Shown: positions 24,816-37,431, counted from the first letter of the whole stretch. The stretch: DNA of 63,199 bases, filler included, from Atractiella rhizophila (GCA_021432655.1; 6 parts of 6 records of this genome joined end to end with filler, not necessarily neighbours in it); one strand, 5' to 3'. The notes: generated by a model from the letters alone, not told the origin. Made by a program: numbers and translations.

Positions 24816-26187
24816 ATGGCCGTCACTTATATCCACTCTGTCCTCCTTTTTGATGGTATTCATTTCTACCACAACAGCACCGTAATCTTTTCAGCCCAGA
24901 CAAAGACCATAAGTTCTGTTACACTTGGCGCTCGCATCCCTCCTCCCGAAGGTGCAACTATCGTCGATGGAACTGGCCACACCCTTCTCCCCGGTCTCAT
25001 TGACGGTCACATCCACGTTCAATCCGTTCTCGAGGGTACGGCGAAGATTGATCCTCTCGAAGTCCTCAAGTCACCTCTGAGATGTGGGGTCACAACTGTT
25101 TGCGACATGCATTCGTCGCCCAAGGACGTGAAGAAGCTTCAGGCTGCTGAAGCTCACGAGATGGAAAATTCGAAGAGTGGTGGAGGAGTGACAATGGCGA
25201 ATTTGAAGAGCTGCCTTTATGCAGCTACCATCGAAGGAGGTTGGCCAAAACCCATAGTTCTAGCTGGTCATCTGACAGAAGAGGTCCGTCAACTTTATTC
25301 CAATGTAATCCGGTTCCTAAAGATACTTTCAGCAAATAAAAGAAGTGAAAGAAGACTGGCCTTCCGTGTCGCAATCGTCTGCTGTCGATTTCGTGAGGCA
25401 AACCAAAGCGAATGGCGCCGACTACATCAAGTTGATGCAAGAAGACTGTCGATCTCTTTCCTTCCCTCCCGTTCCTAGCCCATCCATTGAACTTCAAACG
25501 GCCCTCGTGAACGCTGCCCACGAAGAAGGCATGATAGCAGTCGGCCACGCAATTTCACTTTCTAGTACTGAGTTACTTCTCACAGCTGGAATCGACGGTC
25601 TCACTCATACCTTCTGTGATCAAGCACCAACGAAGGAAATAGTGACACTTTACAAGGAAAAGAACGCCTTCGTCATCCCAACACTTACCAACCTTGCTAG
25701 CATGTGCGGAGTAGAGCAAGAGCTCAGGGATCGGTTCGCTGATATCGCAGAGAGGAAATCCCTCCTTCACCCTCAACTTTCAAATATCCTACGCGCTTCC
25801 ATGGGTCTAGCGAAGAAGACGGCGAGCGTGGAATACGCTTACGAATCTGTCAAGCTCCTGAAGGCAGCAGGAATAGACATTGTCGCTGGAACGGACGCAG
25901 TAACGGGTATCCAGGGTAGCGCCTTGGGTCCTGGCCTGTGGATGGAGATGGAGATGTACGCCTCAAAAGTGGGAATGAGCACGGCGGAGGTACTAACTTC
26001 TGCGACGAGCGCTGGTGCGAAGAGGTTTGGATTCACAGATCGTGGAGTGGTGAAAGTGGGAATGAGGGCGGACCTTGTTCTTGTGAAGGGAGATGTTCAG
26101 CAGAGTCTGGACGCAATTTGGGGCGGGGAGAAAGGAGAACAAGAGGGTATTGTGGCGGTATGGAAACAAGGGGTTAACGCGACTTAG
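24816..26187 (+). CDS. Metal-dependent amidohydrolase (imidazolonepropionase-like superfamily), one intron ~25284-25332
   Basis: VDGTGHTLLPGLIDGHIH, GVTTVCDM, GADYIK, AVGHA, DGLTH, IVAGTD, RGVVKVGMRADLVLV. TATAAAAG near 24760. Confidence 0.93.
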
Positions 26188-26370
26188 ACTTGTCATACTC
26201 CAAAGGTTACGAATATTCTCAATGATGAACCCTTTTACTACTGAAGGGAAACGCGCCAAGCAGTGAGAGAACATCGTATTATCTAAGCGATAAAATGATA
26301 TACATTATGGACATTGCAAAAGCTATTGATCATCAAACCCTCCCTTCATTGGTGTTCCTGCAACCATATT

Positions 26371-27285
26371 TCAATACTCCTCTCCACTAGTCCACCCTTC
26401 TTCTTTCTTATCGCTCCTTTCTCTGTCCTCTCCCCTCCTCCCTCCTCTCCTCTCAGAATCTCTCCTCTCAGGATCACTGTGGCTATGAACATGATCATGC
26501 CAAGAATGACCAAATCCACGTCTTCCTCGCCTGCCTCCATATCCGAAAGGTCTCCCACCAAAGTGAGGATGCGGATGGTGAGGATGCGGTCCAAAAGGAG
26601 GTGGAGGAGGAAACATGCCCATCATGTGATGGGGGAAAGGCGGAAAGGGAGGGTGGGGGTGGCTTCCACCCGGTGCTCCAGGTCCTCCAAAAGGAGGATG
26701 ATGAGGATGAGGAGGAAAGTGAGGATGTTTCCCACCATGCGGCGATCCTGGTGGGTGGCGGGGTGGTGGTGGAGGAGGAGGGAGGTGATGAGGAGGCGGC
26801 AAAGTTGGGGACCCAGGAGGAGAGGGACAGCAGGCGCACGGGGGTGGAAGTGGAAAGGGAGGAGGCCTGAAAGGAGGGAAACCGTGATGTCCCGGGAAAG
26901 GAAGTGGCAGCTGAAATTCGCCGGCGGTGGGAGATGCAACTGTGCCCCTCTCCTTATCTTCGAAGATGACGAGCTGAAACCTCCTTATTTGCGAGGGACC
27001 CTGCGCATACAATTCATGCAGTTCCGCAGTCGAGGAACTGAATTCCACAAAATAATATCGGTCAGACGGGGTGGCAAAGGAGAAAAGATTTGCGTACACA
27101 GTGATCGTATCCCCTTCATCGTCGACATAGCTCAATCCCAACTCTTTCCCATCCTCGATCCCAAATCTGGCCCTGAGGACTATGACCAATGCCTTCCACT
27201 CCATCGGCATACCATTATGGAGTTCGATCTTCCTCGTGATCTCTCCCAAGGTAATCTTCAGCGTGGTCGTGATATAACTCGACAT
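26371..27285 (-). CDS. PB1-domain protein with long Pro/His/Gly-rich low-complexity tail
   Basis: TTLKITLG (basic Lys) and LSYVDDEGDTITV (OPCA motif); probable in-frame intron; HPPFPP-type repeats. Confidence 0.75.
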   Translation of the reverse strand: MSSYITTTLKITLGEITRKIELHNGMPMEWKALVIVLRARFGIEDGKELGLSYVDDEGDTITVYANLFSFATPSDRYYFVEFSSSTAELHELYAQGPSQIRRFQLVIFEDKERGTVASPTAGEFQLPLPFPGHHGFPPFRPPPFPLPPPCACCPSPPGSPTLPPPHHLPPPPPPPRHPPGSPHGGKHPHFPPHPHHPPFGGPGAPGGSHPHPPFPPFPHHMMGMFPPPPPFGPHPHHPHPHFGGRPFGYGGRRGRRGFGHSWHDHVHSHSDPERRDSERRGGRRGEDRERSDKKEEGWTSGEEY

Positions 27286-28185
27286 CCTCGTTCCTTCCAA
27301 CATGAAAATAAAACGACGCCACAAAAGACGACTTTTGGAAGTGAGGAGAGAATCTGTGAAAGTGGAGGCGAGAAGGGTTATATAGTTTTTAGAACCTCGC
27401 GCAGTGACAGCTCGACTCGCAGCTTGACTCGCTTCGGAGCTCGTAGGCCAACACGTAGGCTACGGAATATGACTGCGCTCTACCCACGCTTGCTGCGATC
27501 CGGTCTGCGCTCTGCTGCTGAACGCGATGGGATCACTGAGATCACTGCGCTGCCCATCCTTTGTGCCCAAACGAACTGGACGACATGTTTGGCTTTGCAT
27601 TGCTCATTCCTCCGATCGAACGATAAGCTGCGAGAGATCGTTCCCTACGTTTTCCATCGGGCGGCTCGTTCGTCGCCCGCGTTGGAAACGTGGCTTCCTC
27701 TCGTTAAGGTATTCGTTAAGGTATAAAGGCTGACATACGTTCGTTCGAACAAAAGATTGAGTCGTCGGTGAGTCATATGTGCCTTGGTAAATGAAATGAC
27801 ACGCACACGAGACCCAAAGAAAGGCTTCCAAAATGAACATAATTAATTAGATCATCCTCTATTGGTCATAGCGGAGAAATCAACTGGAAATGTCTCGTTT
27901 CATGGTCGGGCTAGTGTTGAAATGATTGGCAATGTAGCAAAGGAGAATGGTCTTAGCGATTAAACAGCTAGCTAATAGTGGAGGGGAAGCGTGTTTCAAC
28001 CCACTACTGTTCAAGCTGACAGGCTTAGACAGTTATTCTGACGAATAGAACAGGACCTTGAAATTAAGATCAACGGTAGACAAATACATTATGGAGAAAA
28101 CTGTGCTGGAGATTAACATATAAACAACCGACGTTCGAATTTCAATACTCACCAACAAAATCTAGAGCATGAAAAGGAGAAAACA

Positions 28186-28862
28186 TCAATCGAGCAACTC
28201 AGCCACGCTCCAATCCTCCCAACTTCCATCGGGCAGGAACCTCCTCACGATCAACGGGATCTTCTTCTGCGCCAATTCCTTCATCGCTATCTCCAGAGGG
28301 TCTGACTCGCCTTCTAGTGCAACGAGGACGGGTGCGTTCATGCTTCTCGTCCGCAATCAAGGCACACGCGGTGAAGAATAGAAAATGCAAAATAGAACAA
28401 GCATAGAGAAGAGACATCAACTCCAATTCTGATCTTGGAGAGAAGAGAGGACGGACCTGATTTGCAATGCCCTCGTACCAAGTATTCGAGCCCTCTCATA
28501 CTTCGTCATATAAGGCGTAGTCATCCTCACTTTGCTCTCTTCCTTCGGATCCTGTGCCGCATCTAAATCCCCAGAATTGATGATGCCATCCATCTCTCCC
28601 CTCGTTCCGTTTGCAGCATTGTCGTCGGCACCTTCCCCAGCATATTCCTCGTCGAGGGGACGATCATCCATGTCCTATTCCATGACAGAATGGAGTGAAT
28701 GAGCGGGAGAGCTGGATGGAGGACTTGAGTACTTCGTATTGATACCTGTAGCCGTTATAAAGCTTACTTAGCTCTGGAAAGAGGAAAGAGAGTGAGGAAG
28801 ACGAACCCATCGTCGTCTCCTCCCCTGTAGTCGTCGTGGTCCGCATATCCACCGTCTGACAT
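28186..28862 (-). CDS. RPB6: RNA polymerase I/II/III shared subunit Rpb6
   Basis: [60 protein letters not shown]. Confidence 0.97.
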
Positions 28863-29056
28863 ATTGCAACGATGCTTCTTCCTTCCTTACTCTCAAACAA
28901 TGAAATTTATGCAGTCGTCGTTTTGTTCAGTCAGTGGCAAAAGTTGTTTGAGCAAACTAAAGCGAGACTAGAGGCCAGCGCGTCAATCGAGTATCATTGT
29001 ATTACATTACATTATCTCACTGACACCCCAATCCAACCAGCGTAGAAACACGCACG

Positions 29057-32000
29057 ATGTCAGACTCAGACCCATTCGCCGACTTCTCCTCCTTCGGCCT
29101 CTCATCCGTCCTCTCCTCCGTCGACCCCTCCCTCCTCGCCTCCACCTCAGGCCTTGGGTCTCTCCTGGGCAAAGGACCCGGCGGAGGGTTCGAGGATGTG
29201 GAGATGGAAGAGGGGGCATATGTGGACGAGGAGGGGGAGATGGACGTCTCTTCTCCCGGGTCACACGTGCAGCAACCACCTCGTTTCCCTGCTTTGGCAC
29301 CCGAAGGCGATGTCCTGTCAGTAGATGGAGAGGGAGAGGGAGAGGAGGGCGCAGAGTCTCGTATGGTGGTGGACGAGAAGAGGAAGAAGAAGCAAGAACA
29401 AGATGTCACCGTTTACTTTCCCGATTTCGCACCTGACAAGATCCTTAACTTCACCGACCTCTTTGGTCCCAGGGTCCATCTTCCTCTTTTTGGAGAGGAA
29501 GAAGAGGAGGACGCGGAGGAGGAAGAGGAGGAGGAGTTTGGGTTTGGAGGGTTGGGTGTCGATGAGGAATTCGATGAGGCTGAGTGGGAACGGTGGAGGG
29601 AGAGGAAGAGGAGGAGAGTCGTGGATGAGAGCCGTAATCGTGAGTTTTCGCTCTACGATTTTGATAAAGTGGTTGGAGGGACTTGTTTCGAGCGAAAGAG
29701 CTGGGAGTGAGCTGGCATCTCCCGACTGGGTTACCTTATTGAAGGGCAGCTAGAATTGCGCGTTACCGTGTAGCGTTGCCGGCTCCTTCCCTCTTCTTCG
29801 ATACACACCGCGTTTGTCAGACCGTGTAGCTGACAGCTGTCCTTCCTACTATGGTGGGAACTCCCGGACACTGCCCTTTTATTATTCGCTTTCCAGTTTG
29901 TTGGTAGATTATAAGTCTTCTTTGGAGTAGTAGGGGTAGCATTTAAAGTTCCCACGTCAGCGTTGACGCGTCACTTCTCACTGACAGAAGCGTGAAGCAA
30001 CCAGACGCGCCGCGTACTTGTATATCTTATCGCAGCAGCTGACAACTGAATTGAGGCGTCGCCATCTTTCATCTAAAAGTCGCTACGCCGTAGTCTATCT
30101 AAAATGAGAGAAGTAGACGAGGAAAGCGCCAGTTTGATACCTCAATAGGCCACTGCCTTTGCCTGACCTTGTTGCACAAAGGCTCTACTGTGTATTGCCA
30201 GGGAGAAATAAAACCTCCATATTTAGAGGCTAGTGCGCCCAAAGCATAGAGGATTTGCGGAGGGAACGTCTGTCTTGGGATTGACGATGAACATGCGCGC
30301 CTCCAAAATTTCAAACTCAACCTTTCGCGTTCTCTTTCGCTTTACAAGATGGCTTGAGCGTCGGCGTCGCGAACTTTAAGACGAAGACAGAGAGGACACG
30401 AGCTGAAATAAAATTGACTCGACCCGTCGATACTAATTGTCTGATATTGGATAGCCGAACTTCTTACTGGGTTGACCGATCCAACACCAGCTCAGTCCAC
30501 AAGAGACATACTCTCCAGACGTGGTCGCTACATCCCTACCAAGCGACAACTCCTCAAATCCAACTTCTTCAATGCTCCAGCAACAACCTCACGAGTCATC
30601 GATCTCACGAATAGCGAATTTAGTCTTCCAAACACCAAAGACGCAGAAGGAAAGAACGTGAAAGCTGACGCGAAGAAAGTGGTACGAGAAGAAACGCACG
30701 ATGGTGGATACGGTGATTTGATGAGGGAAAAAAACATACGACGCAAGGAGGAGCTCAGGGTCCGAAATGAGATCGAGCGGTTAAAGGACGAAAGTGGCGC
30801 TCAGTGGACGTTGCCGGGATTCGAGGACTTATGGTCGAACGGAGAACTACTCTCTCACAACGTCGCCGAGGTTGAAATGGAAGATTGGGAATCGCAGATA
30901 GCCTGGTCCAAATCGTCTAGCTCGTTTCGGACGGCCGAAGAACGAGTAAAAGATGTCCTCAGCTCAACTAATCCTTTGTTGGATGTTCTACCATGGGAAA
31001 ATTCGATTATTTGGGACCGCCGTTTACCTTTTACGCCTTTTTCCAACCTTGAGCTGAACCTCAATGACCCATCTCTGTTCCTTGGTCTATCTTCCGTTGA
31101 CGCATCGACCCAACAATCTGCCATCGCTGCACCGAGAGTCAAGAGCCTCAGAGGAGCTGAGAGGGAAACAGACAAGTTCAACCTCAGCAACGATAAAGTC
31201 TACGAGGCGTCCAGAGAATGGGCAAAGAGTCTGGCCATGCTGGAGAAAGGCGGGAGATATGGAGCCATTCGCCAAACCCTGGGAAATCTGGACATCGAGC
31301 ACTCGTATGTGGCCGAGAAATTGCAGCTTCCATGGGTACGTTTTGCTCCACATCATCATGCGCAAATCTTGACAGTTCTGTGTATCAGTATAAAGCTCGT
31401 CTTACAAAGGCGGAATGTCGATCTTTCCATCGTCCTGCTCTCCAGTTTCCTCTCAATGTTGCACTCAGCTTTTCTCGTTGTCGCCCACTCAAATTCGAGA
31501 AAGGCGGAGGAAAACGAAAACGATTTCGAGCGAACACATCGATGCAACGCGCAGGTGGGAAAGATGGCTTGTTAAACAAGTCCAAGTATCTCACCCTGAA
31601 GGACACCGGCAACTTCATCCTTATGGAATACAGCGAGGAGTACCCGATGATGATGAGTAACTTCGGAATGGGAAGCATGGTCGTCAATTACTACCGAAAG
31701 ACATCAGAAGGAGACGAGACAGTCCCACAGGTGAGTCTGTGACGGCAAAATAACGTATTGGGTTGACCCGCGATGTTAACAGCTTGAAATTGGGGAGCCA
31801 TTTGTTTTGGACGTCAACGACGAAAACCCTTTCATGCGCTTTGGATCTGTCGAAGGTGGACAGACGGTTCCGACGTTGTACAACAACATAATTCGAGCGC
31901 CGCTTTTTCGTCACACGGCGTATTCAACAGACTTCCTTGTGGTTCGGTGCGTAAACTTCTTGACCTTTTGGCAGTTGTTGTAAGAGATTTTGCAGAGCTA

Positions 32001-32708
32001 CGCACGGCGCAGAGTCCCGCTACTACATACGCGAGATCAAGCACCTTTACGTCGTTGGCCAAACGTATCCTATGAAAGAGGTTCCGGGCCCAAACAGCAG
32101 GAAGGTGACAAACGGCTTCAAGGATCGCCTGAAAACTATTGCATTGCGACTGCTGAAGAAGCATCAGACGGATAGCCTGAAAATTAGCAAATTTATGAAG
32201 TATTTTCCTGACCAGAAGGAGATGCAGATGCGAAACAAGCTCAAGGTGCGCTGGTTGCAAGCTGTGTTCTAGTTGCTGATTCATAACGGCGGTGGATGCA
32301 GGATTTCATGGAGTATCATCGCAAAGGCACCAATCAAGGCCAGTGGCGCTTGAAGCTGGGTCAAAGATTCGACGAAGCAGAGCTGTCAAAACTGGAAGGC
32401 AACAATCCTGAGTTTGTTTGTCTTCTCGAATCGATGCAGGTTGGTCAGCGTCATCTTCTTGATGTCGGGTTCTCTGCGAACGATATGGACGAAAAGGAAG
32501 GGGAGGAGCGTGAGGGGGAGAGTCAGTTAAGCCCTTGGATGTTGAGCAAGTGGTTTTTGGCAGCAACGCAATCGAAGTCCATGGTGAAACTTTATGGGGA
32601 AGGAGACCCAAGCGGACGAGGAGAGGCATTTAGCTTCGTCAAGGTCCGTGATTTGAGTCTCTCCAATAAATTAGGTTCATTGTGCTCTAGGGAGCTCCTA
32701 ACCTAGGT
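29057..32708 (+). CDS. TAF1: TFIID subunit Taf1 (DUF3591 region), 3' end cut by contig end; 815-nt first intron 29640-30454
   Basis: YFPDFAPDKILNFTDLF, DKFNLSNDKVYE, CRSFHRPALQF, LMEYSEEYPMMMSNFGMGS, LYNNIIRAPLFRH..TDFLVV, EVPGPNSRK, LYGEGDPSGRGEAFSFVK. Confidence 0.95.
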
Positions 32709-32808
32709 NNNNNNNNNNNNNNNNNNNNNNNNNNNNNNNNNNNNNNNNNNNNTTAATTAATTAANNNNNNNNNNNNNNNNNNNNNNNNNNNNNNNNNNNN
32801 NNNNNNNN
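32709..32808. other. Artificial contig linker
   Basis: N44-TTAATTAATTAA-N44. Confidence 0.98.
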
Positions 32809-33121
32809 CGTCGGAGCTTGGGTAGCGTTCATCCTTAATGTTCGGGCGGAAAGAGCTGGAACGGCTTAAAGGAGTTTTCCTTTATTCTCTGGTTATACTC
32901 GAGGCCTCATCCTTAGAAGGCTGCGCTTCTATGACGCTAGGGGACTGAAGCAGTACTGAAGCCGATGATGAGGCCCATTCATTGATGACTTGACGACTTT
33001 CGAGATTCAAACTTGCAGTTTTATGCAGGAGTTTAGTTCAGTTGGAGGTGATATACCAATGACCAATGTAGTATCACATCACGACCATGTATCCAAGTTG
33101 TAATTTATACCCATCCTTAGT

Positions 33122-35058
33122 TCAAACTTTGCGTCTCTTAAACGGGTTCGAGCTTCGCTCCTCGCCCTTAGCAGAAACCAGCTTTCCAACCTCCATGGAG
33201 ACCGTAATCTGGCCTCCCAAGCTCCTCCCAGATTTTTTCATCAAGATATCTCCAAGGGCATCAGATCGTCGTTTTTTGCTCCGTCCTGTAGATTTCCTCT
33301 CCGTCTCCCGCTGTTCTCTCCTCCACACTTTCTCTGCACCTTTCTTCTCGTCTAGTCCCTCCGGAGCAGGAGAAGGAGCTGCTAACGGTAGAGGGAGGCG
33401 AACAAACATCCCTGCGATACCGTTTGTCGGATCGTGATCATGATTTGACCTGAGGATACGTTCCAAGCTCTTCTTCCGTCTCTTACCCTCTCTTTCGCTT
33501 TTCTTTCTGGGTCGCATGGAAGGCGGAAGCGAGAAGAAGGAGGAAGGGATTGGACGGAGCAGGTTTGGTGTCGAGGGATCGAAGTGGAGACTGGAGGGCT
33601 GGAGAGGAGTTGTCTCCTCCTCTGCTTCAGAGGAAGACTCGTCCATACTCCACTTGTCTCCGTCCTCCTCCTTCGCATCGCCGTCCCACCCATCCACCGC
33701 CAGCTTCCGCTTTGGTAATTCCTCGTCTAATCCCCTCCCGAACGCATTGACGAAATCCCTCTTCCTCTGCAGCTCCCCTTCCTTCTCCCTATCCTTCAAC
33801 TTTTCTCTATCCGCCACTTTCCCCGTACCAAAGACCCTCCCGAAAGTAGGGGAGAGGTATATAGTATTCTGTTGCTCCCCTCCGTTCGCTTTCTTCAAAG
33901 AATGCGATTTTTGAGTGGCCTTTGCTGATGAGGAGGATGACGAGGAGGAGAGGGAGAGGGAGATGGTGAACGGTTTTCTGAGTTTTGGTATCGCTCTTGT
34001 TGAAGGTGCAGTTGGATGGGTGGAAAGAGGGATGGAGGGGAGGGAGGAGAGATGAAGAAGGGAGGAGAGGAGGGCGAGGTGGACGGAGGGTGAGAGGAAC
34101 GGAGAGAAGAGATGATATTCGGCGCCGCGTCCGAAATTGAACGGGTTTTCGTCGTCTATTTCTGCTCGTTCGCTGTGCCGGAGAACCTGAGGATGTCTGA
34201 AGCCCGTGGAGAGGCTCAGGGAAGGAAAGAGGACGAAGTTGGGGATAGGATGGATGTCTGTTCCACCTTTGGTATTAGTGTTCTTGACCAACTGTTTGTT
34301 CAAGTTGATATTTTGAAGATAAGAAGGGTCAATGAGAGGGCACCAAAACACGAACGAATGACGTGGACATGCCCCTTTGCTGCTTCCACTAGTATTCGCT
34401 CCACTTCCTCCTGCTCCATCGCACTGCCTCGCTTCCCATCCACTGCATGACACCTAGAAATGGGAAGACGTTGGAGTCGCAGAATGCGCAGACAAGGCCA
34501 CTTCCCCTCGTTCCCGAAGCAAGGATACCTCTCGCTGGACGGGAAAAATTCTCTCGTAATGCGTTTCGCATTGGAGGTGTCGGAGGAAGGAGGGAGGGAG
34601 AGCGAGAGGTAGACGATCGTCTGTGAGAGCGGAAAAGGGATGGAGATAGAGCGAGGGACTTGAGGGAGAGAGAGGGTAGTGATGGGAAGAGATCGGAGGA
34701 ATGGAGGGAGGGAATACTCTATGCTGCCCTCTGTGGAGATGGAGACGGAGACAGAGAGCGTCTTCCACCTATCCATCCACTCCCACCCATCTTGCTCTGT
34801 GTCCCTTGCCCCGTACGCCTTCTTACTTGATTTAGACTGAACGCCAACCTTCAAAGAAAGGCATTGGATGGCATGCCACAGTTCTAGAGGCAGATGACGT
34901 GGGCGGTATCGACGAAGGATGGTGCGGAGGAGTATCTGGGCGTTGGGTGAGATGGAAGACCTGGACTCCGAGAGGGAGTAAAGGAAGGTGGGAGAGAGGT
35001 GGTGCTTCTCGATCGTGAGGTAGCAGAGGGAGAACAGGGTCGGTATCCTCCTCTCCAT
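33122..35058 (-). CDS. Hypothetical protein (two long exons, basic C-terminus with NLS-like PFKRRKV)
   Basis: Long ORFs 34300-35352 and 33122-34453; likely start MERRIPTLFSLC at 35058. No family recognised. Confidence 0.55.
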
Positions 35059-35546
35059 CGTTTGGTAGAGTTGTGAAAAAAGTACGCGATGTACGTGTTG
35101 TTGTTTCCCTGATGATGTAATACAGAATAGAGTTAGGCAATATCTAATAGAGTTAGTGTGATAGCTATTTGAAATGCAATAGTGCTGAAACAACGGGACC
35201 ATATTTATCTCTCCTGCCCAATCTCCTCCCGGGCACCAAGTACCCAGGGTTCTCCTGATTCTCCTCTCCTCGTGCCACCGACTTGACAAGTGCGAGGGCA
35301 GTGCAGCTTCCTGTTGTATAACTGTTTTCCACTTTTCTCGTCTTCTCTTCAAGTTCCAGTTGCATCCACATATTCCACCGTGACATATCCCCTACCCTTG
35401 TCGTACATATGTATCAATAGTCGGAATTCACGCCACAGCAGGGCTGCAGCAAGAGTGTTGGACAACGACATCAGGGCTACGAAAACCGGTTATTGACTAT
35501 TGTCTCCATTTATATATCTCCTTTTCACCCAGAGCACCCACCCATC

Positions 35547-37431
35547 ATGCTACAGGCATTGAACAATAGCTCCTCTCACACTTCCAAGCTTACCAAGACG
35601 ACGAAGGACGATCCGAGTCCTCCTATTACAGCGTCATGTGCTTCCGAAAATGACGCGCGACTCCAGGAGCTCCCATTACGAGACTCTGACTTCCAGCTCC
35701 CAAAGTCGCCTTCTAGTTCCACCAACATTCCTCCGGCTCACCAGAGTCACAACAACCATCACCGTCACCATCGCCATCACCTTCATCGAAAGAAACTGCA
35801 CAAGCGCGCTGCATCCGCCCTACCCATCCCTCAGTTACAACCGACACCAGCAGCTCATCCCTATCTCAACTCTCACCTTGACGGTGACCCTCAGCGACCG
35901 CGCGCTCCATCTATTTCGACACCTTCAATGATCATGGTTGGTGATTCGCATTCGCAGTCGAGGATGGAAGGCGGACCTAGCGCGTCTAATCAGTCGTTGG
36001 CGTTGTCGCAAGGAGGAGGGAGTGGCAGTGGCAGTGGTAGTGGCAGAGGAATGAGTGGGAAAGAAAGCAGGAGGACGATAGTGAGGAAGGTCCGTCTCCC
36101 ATCTCTTTCTTTTAACATTCCTTCTCCGACTTGGTCACTGTAACTCTTGATCTGATCTGACTGACGGCTGGAATGCAAAGGTCGCGTCTATCTTTTCTAG
36201 TCGTCGACTTGGGAAGCGGCAGACGACGGTCGACAGTTTTCCGAAAGCGAATGAGCGTCGGAAACCAGAGGGAGACGTTCAACAACTCGAAGGAACCCTC
36301 ACATTCTCCTCTAGGACCCTCCCCACTGGTTCCTTCGCCTCCACCTCGTCACACGCCACCCTCGCTACCTACACCAACAACGACGACGCAAACGACGAAG
36401 ACACTACGAACGACGACGACTCTTCGTCCATCCCTCCCGTCCCGCCCCTCCCGCCATTCTCCATCGACCCACATCTTTCTTCCATCGACATGTCGCACAT
36501 CAACACCCCCCACGTCGCATCAAAATCCTCACCCATCCTTCCGAACGCGCACAAGCTCCTCCTCTGTCCCATCCCACCTTCTTCCCTCGCAGCCTCCTGC
36601 ATTTCTGCCTCCACCTCTACAACCACCTCCACAGTACACTCCCATTCCCACACGCACACTCCGTCCACATCTACCTCCTCGTCATCCTCCGCATCAACGG
36701 TCTCCTCCGACGGAAGCTCGAGCTCGAGTCCATTTGAGCGTCTCAGCGCAGGGTTGGGGATGGGAATGGGACTGGGGATGGAGACGGAGATGGGGTTTGG
36801 GTTGGGGAGGAGACGAGCGCTGAGCAGTTCCCAGACTACGATGACCCTTCGAGATCGAGATCGAGAGTTTGACAGGGAAGGTATTTTACCAGCCACCCCT
36901 TCGTACCTCCACTTCCATCCTCCGAAGGTATCGGCGTACCCGACACCCTTGTCCCTCTCTCCGTCCGCTTCTAGGCCGAAAACGAAGGCATCGAAAGCTT
37001 CGGCGGCGGTTGCGGGTGGTAAAAGGGCCGGGGGTGGCCTATCGACTTCGCCTCCGATCACGAGTGTTACTCTTGGAAATGGACCTGTCATTGGAACTGG
37101 AATTGGGCTTGAGATTGGGATGGGGATTGGAGAAGGAAATGGAAATGGGAGTGTGAAATTGAAGAACAGCCGTCCATTCACGCCGACGAAGGATCGGACT
37201 CTGTACCAGAGGAGGAGGAGAAGGACGAACAGCTTCGATTCCGTCCTCTCTTCGCCTCCTTCCTTAACCTTCTCCCCATCTACCTTCAACCCCATGACCC
37301 TGACTCCTAACCCGAATCGAAATCGGAGTCGGAAGGGTCAGACAGAGGGAGTTCGACAAAGGGGTGCGGGCGAGGGGTGGGCTGGAGTCGGAGAAGAGAC
37401 TGCCGAGTGTACCACGAGGATTGGGGTTTGA
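35547..37431 (+). CDS. Hypothetical Ser/Pro/His-rich disordered protein
   Basis: ATG at 35547 and an intron at ~36090-36180 join in frame to ORF 36490-37431; GS and GMG microrepeats. Confidence 0.6.

Noticed and set aside
26314..27726. 470-aa Arg-rich plus-strand ORF
   Set aside because: Antisense shadow of the low-complexity PB1 gene; no recognisable domain.
29850..29872. GGTGGGAACTCCCGGAC resembles CR-I of RNase P/MRP RNA
   Set aside because: No matching CR-V/P4 partner found downstream. No TTAGGG-type template either, so telomerase RNA is also unsupported.
36369..37295. 308-aa minus-strand ORF (likewise 40167-41045)
   Set aside because: Antisense to Ser/Pro-rich plus-strand exons; expected by-product of biased composition.
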